Below, piece by piece: positions 63,170 through 64,000 of a DNA stretch of 64,000 bases. The notes under the pieces are model-generated. The model was given only the letters and a program-made list of their open reading frames with translations, had not been told where the DNA came from and searched no databases. Position 1 is the stretch's first letter. Every line of letters begins with the position of its first letter. Source of the stretch: Camelus dromedarius (taxonomy: Eukaryota). The stretch is taken from contig NC_087436.1 of assembly GCF_036321535.1 (NCBI RefSeq), positions 49,974,001 to 50,038,000 of the forward strand. The letters run 5' to 3'. Position numbers and translations under genes: made by a program.

Positions 63170-63715
63170 TAAAAAAGGTCTCAAACCAATATCCTAACTT
63201 TATACTTCAAGGAACAAGAGAAAGAAAAGGAATCCCCTCTCAAAATAACAATAATAGTGGGAGAGGCTGTGTGTGTGAGGAGGCAGCGGGTATATGGGAA
63301 ATCTCTGTACCTTCCACTCAATTTTGCTGTGACACTAAAACTACTCTAAAAAAAAAGGTTTATTAAAAAAAGAAGAAATAAATGTCTGCTATTTGCCACA
63401 AAATGAACCTTAAAGGAATAAAAACAGACACAAAAAGACAAATATTATATGATTCTGCTTACATGAAATATATAGAATAAATAAATTTATAGTGACAGAA
63501 AGTAGATTAGAGTTTACCAGGGACCGAGGAGAGGAAGGAATAGGAAGTTATTGTTAATGTACTTTTGAAGATCTGGAGAAGTTTTGAAACTAAACAGTGA
63601 TAATGGTAGTATAACATTGTGCATGTAATTAATGCTGTTATATTGCACATTTAAAAAAAGGTTAAAATAGCAAATTTTGTTTTATACATATTTTACCACA
63701 CAAATTTTTTTTTAA
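63170..63715 (+). mobile_element. Cluster of old L1 3' ends (L1MC1-like 63250-63375; L1MB-like 63380-63715)
   Basis: gggtatatgggaaatctctgtaccttccactcaattttgctgtg; cagacacaaaaagacaaatattatatgattctgcttacatg. Confidence 0.8.
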
Positions 63716-64000
63716 GTTTTTAAAAAGACCATGAAAGTATAGTTTAGCCTCCTACATGCAGTCTAGAATTATCTGGCAAGATAATACCATAAGGAAAGTT
63801 AATGTTTTCCTTAGGATTTTTAATTATTTTCCTTATACATACGTTTTTATTGTGGTATAACATTTATGTGTACAGTTTGCTCAGTTTTGACAAATATATG
63901 GACTCTGAAACCATCACCTAATCAAACTATATAATAGTCATATTAAAAATTTCCATTAAAAATTCCTTTCTGAAATTTTCCTATCAAACACCACCACCAC

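Noticed and set aside
1..64000. CRISPR arrays, operons, rRNA or prokaryotic defence systems
   Set aside because: The sequence is mammalian and repeat-derived; no spaced direct-repeat array or bacterial gene architecture is present.

Overview
This is AT-rich, repeat-dense mammalian DNA, most likely camelid, judged from two tRNA-derived SINEs resembling the Tylopoda Vic-1 family. The dominant feature is a young, full-length (~7.1 kb) LINE-1 on the minus strand (21974-29092). It has an 18-bp target-site duplication, a CpG-rich 5'UTR with a YY1 site, ORF1, a ~400-bp inter-ORF spacer, ORF2 (EN/RT/CCHC) and a poly(A) tail, and is inactivated by five frameshifts and one stop. The rest is older L1, L2, MIR, CR1/L3, MaLR/ERVL LTRs, an ERVL provirus remnant, DNA-transposon MITEs and microsatellites. 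I could not name any host protein-coding gene. There is a promoter-like CpG patch near 11.4-11.75 kb and a few plausible minus-strand exons. I found no evidence for a wholly new biological system. The most unusual observations are an A-to-G cluster destroying the L1 poly(A) signal, an ERVL integrase fragment inverted relative to its gag and LTR, an L1 spacer ORF overlapping the ORF2 start, a hairpin-inverted SINE T-arm, and an exon-like segment in frame with a CR1 fossil. Repeat subfamily names and the boundaries of old repeats are from recall and approximate.
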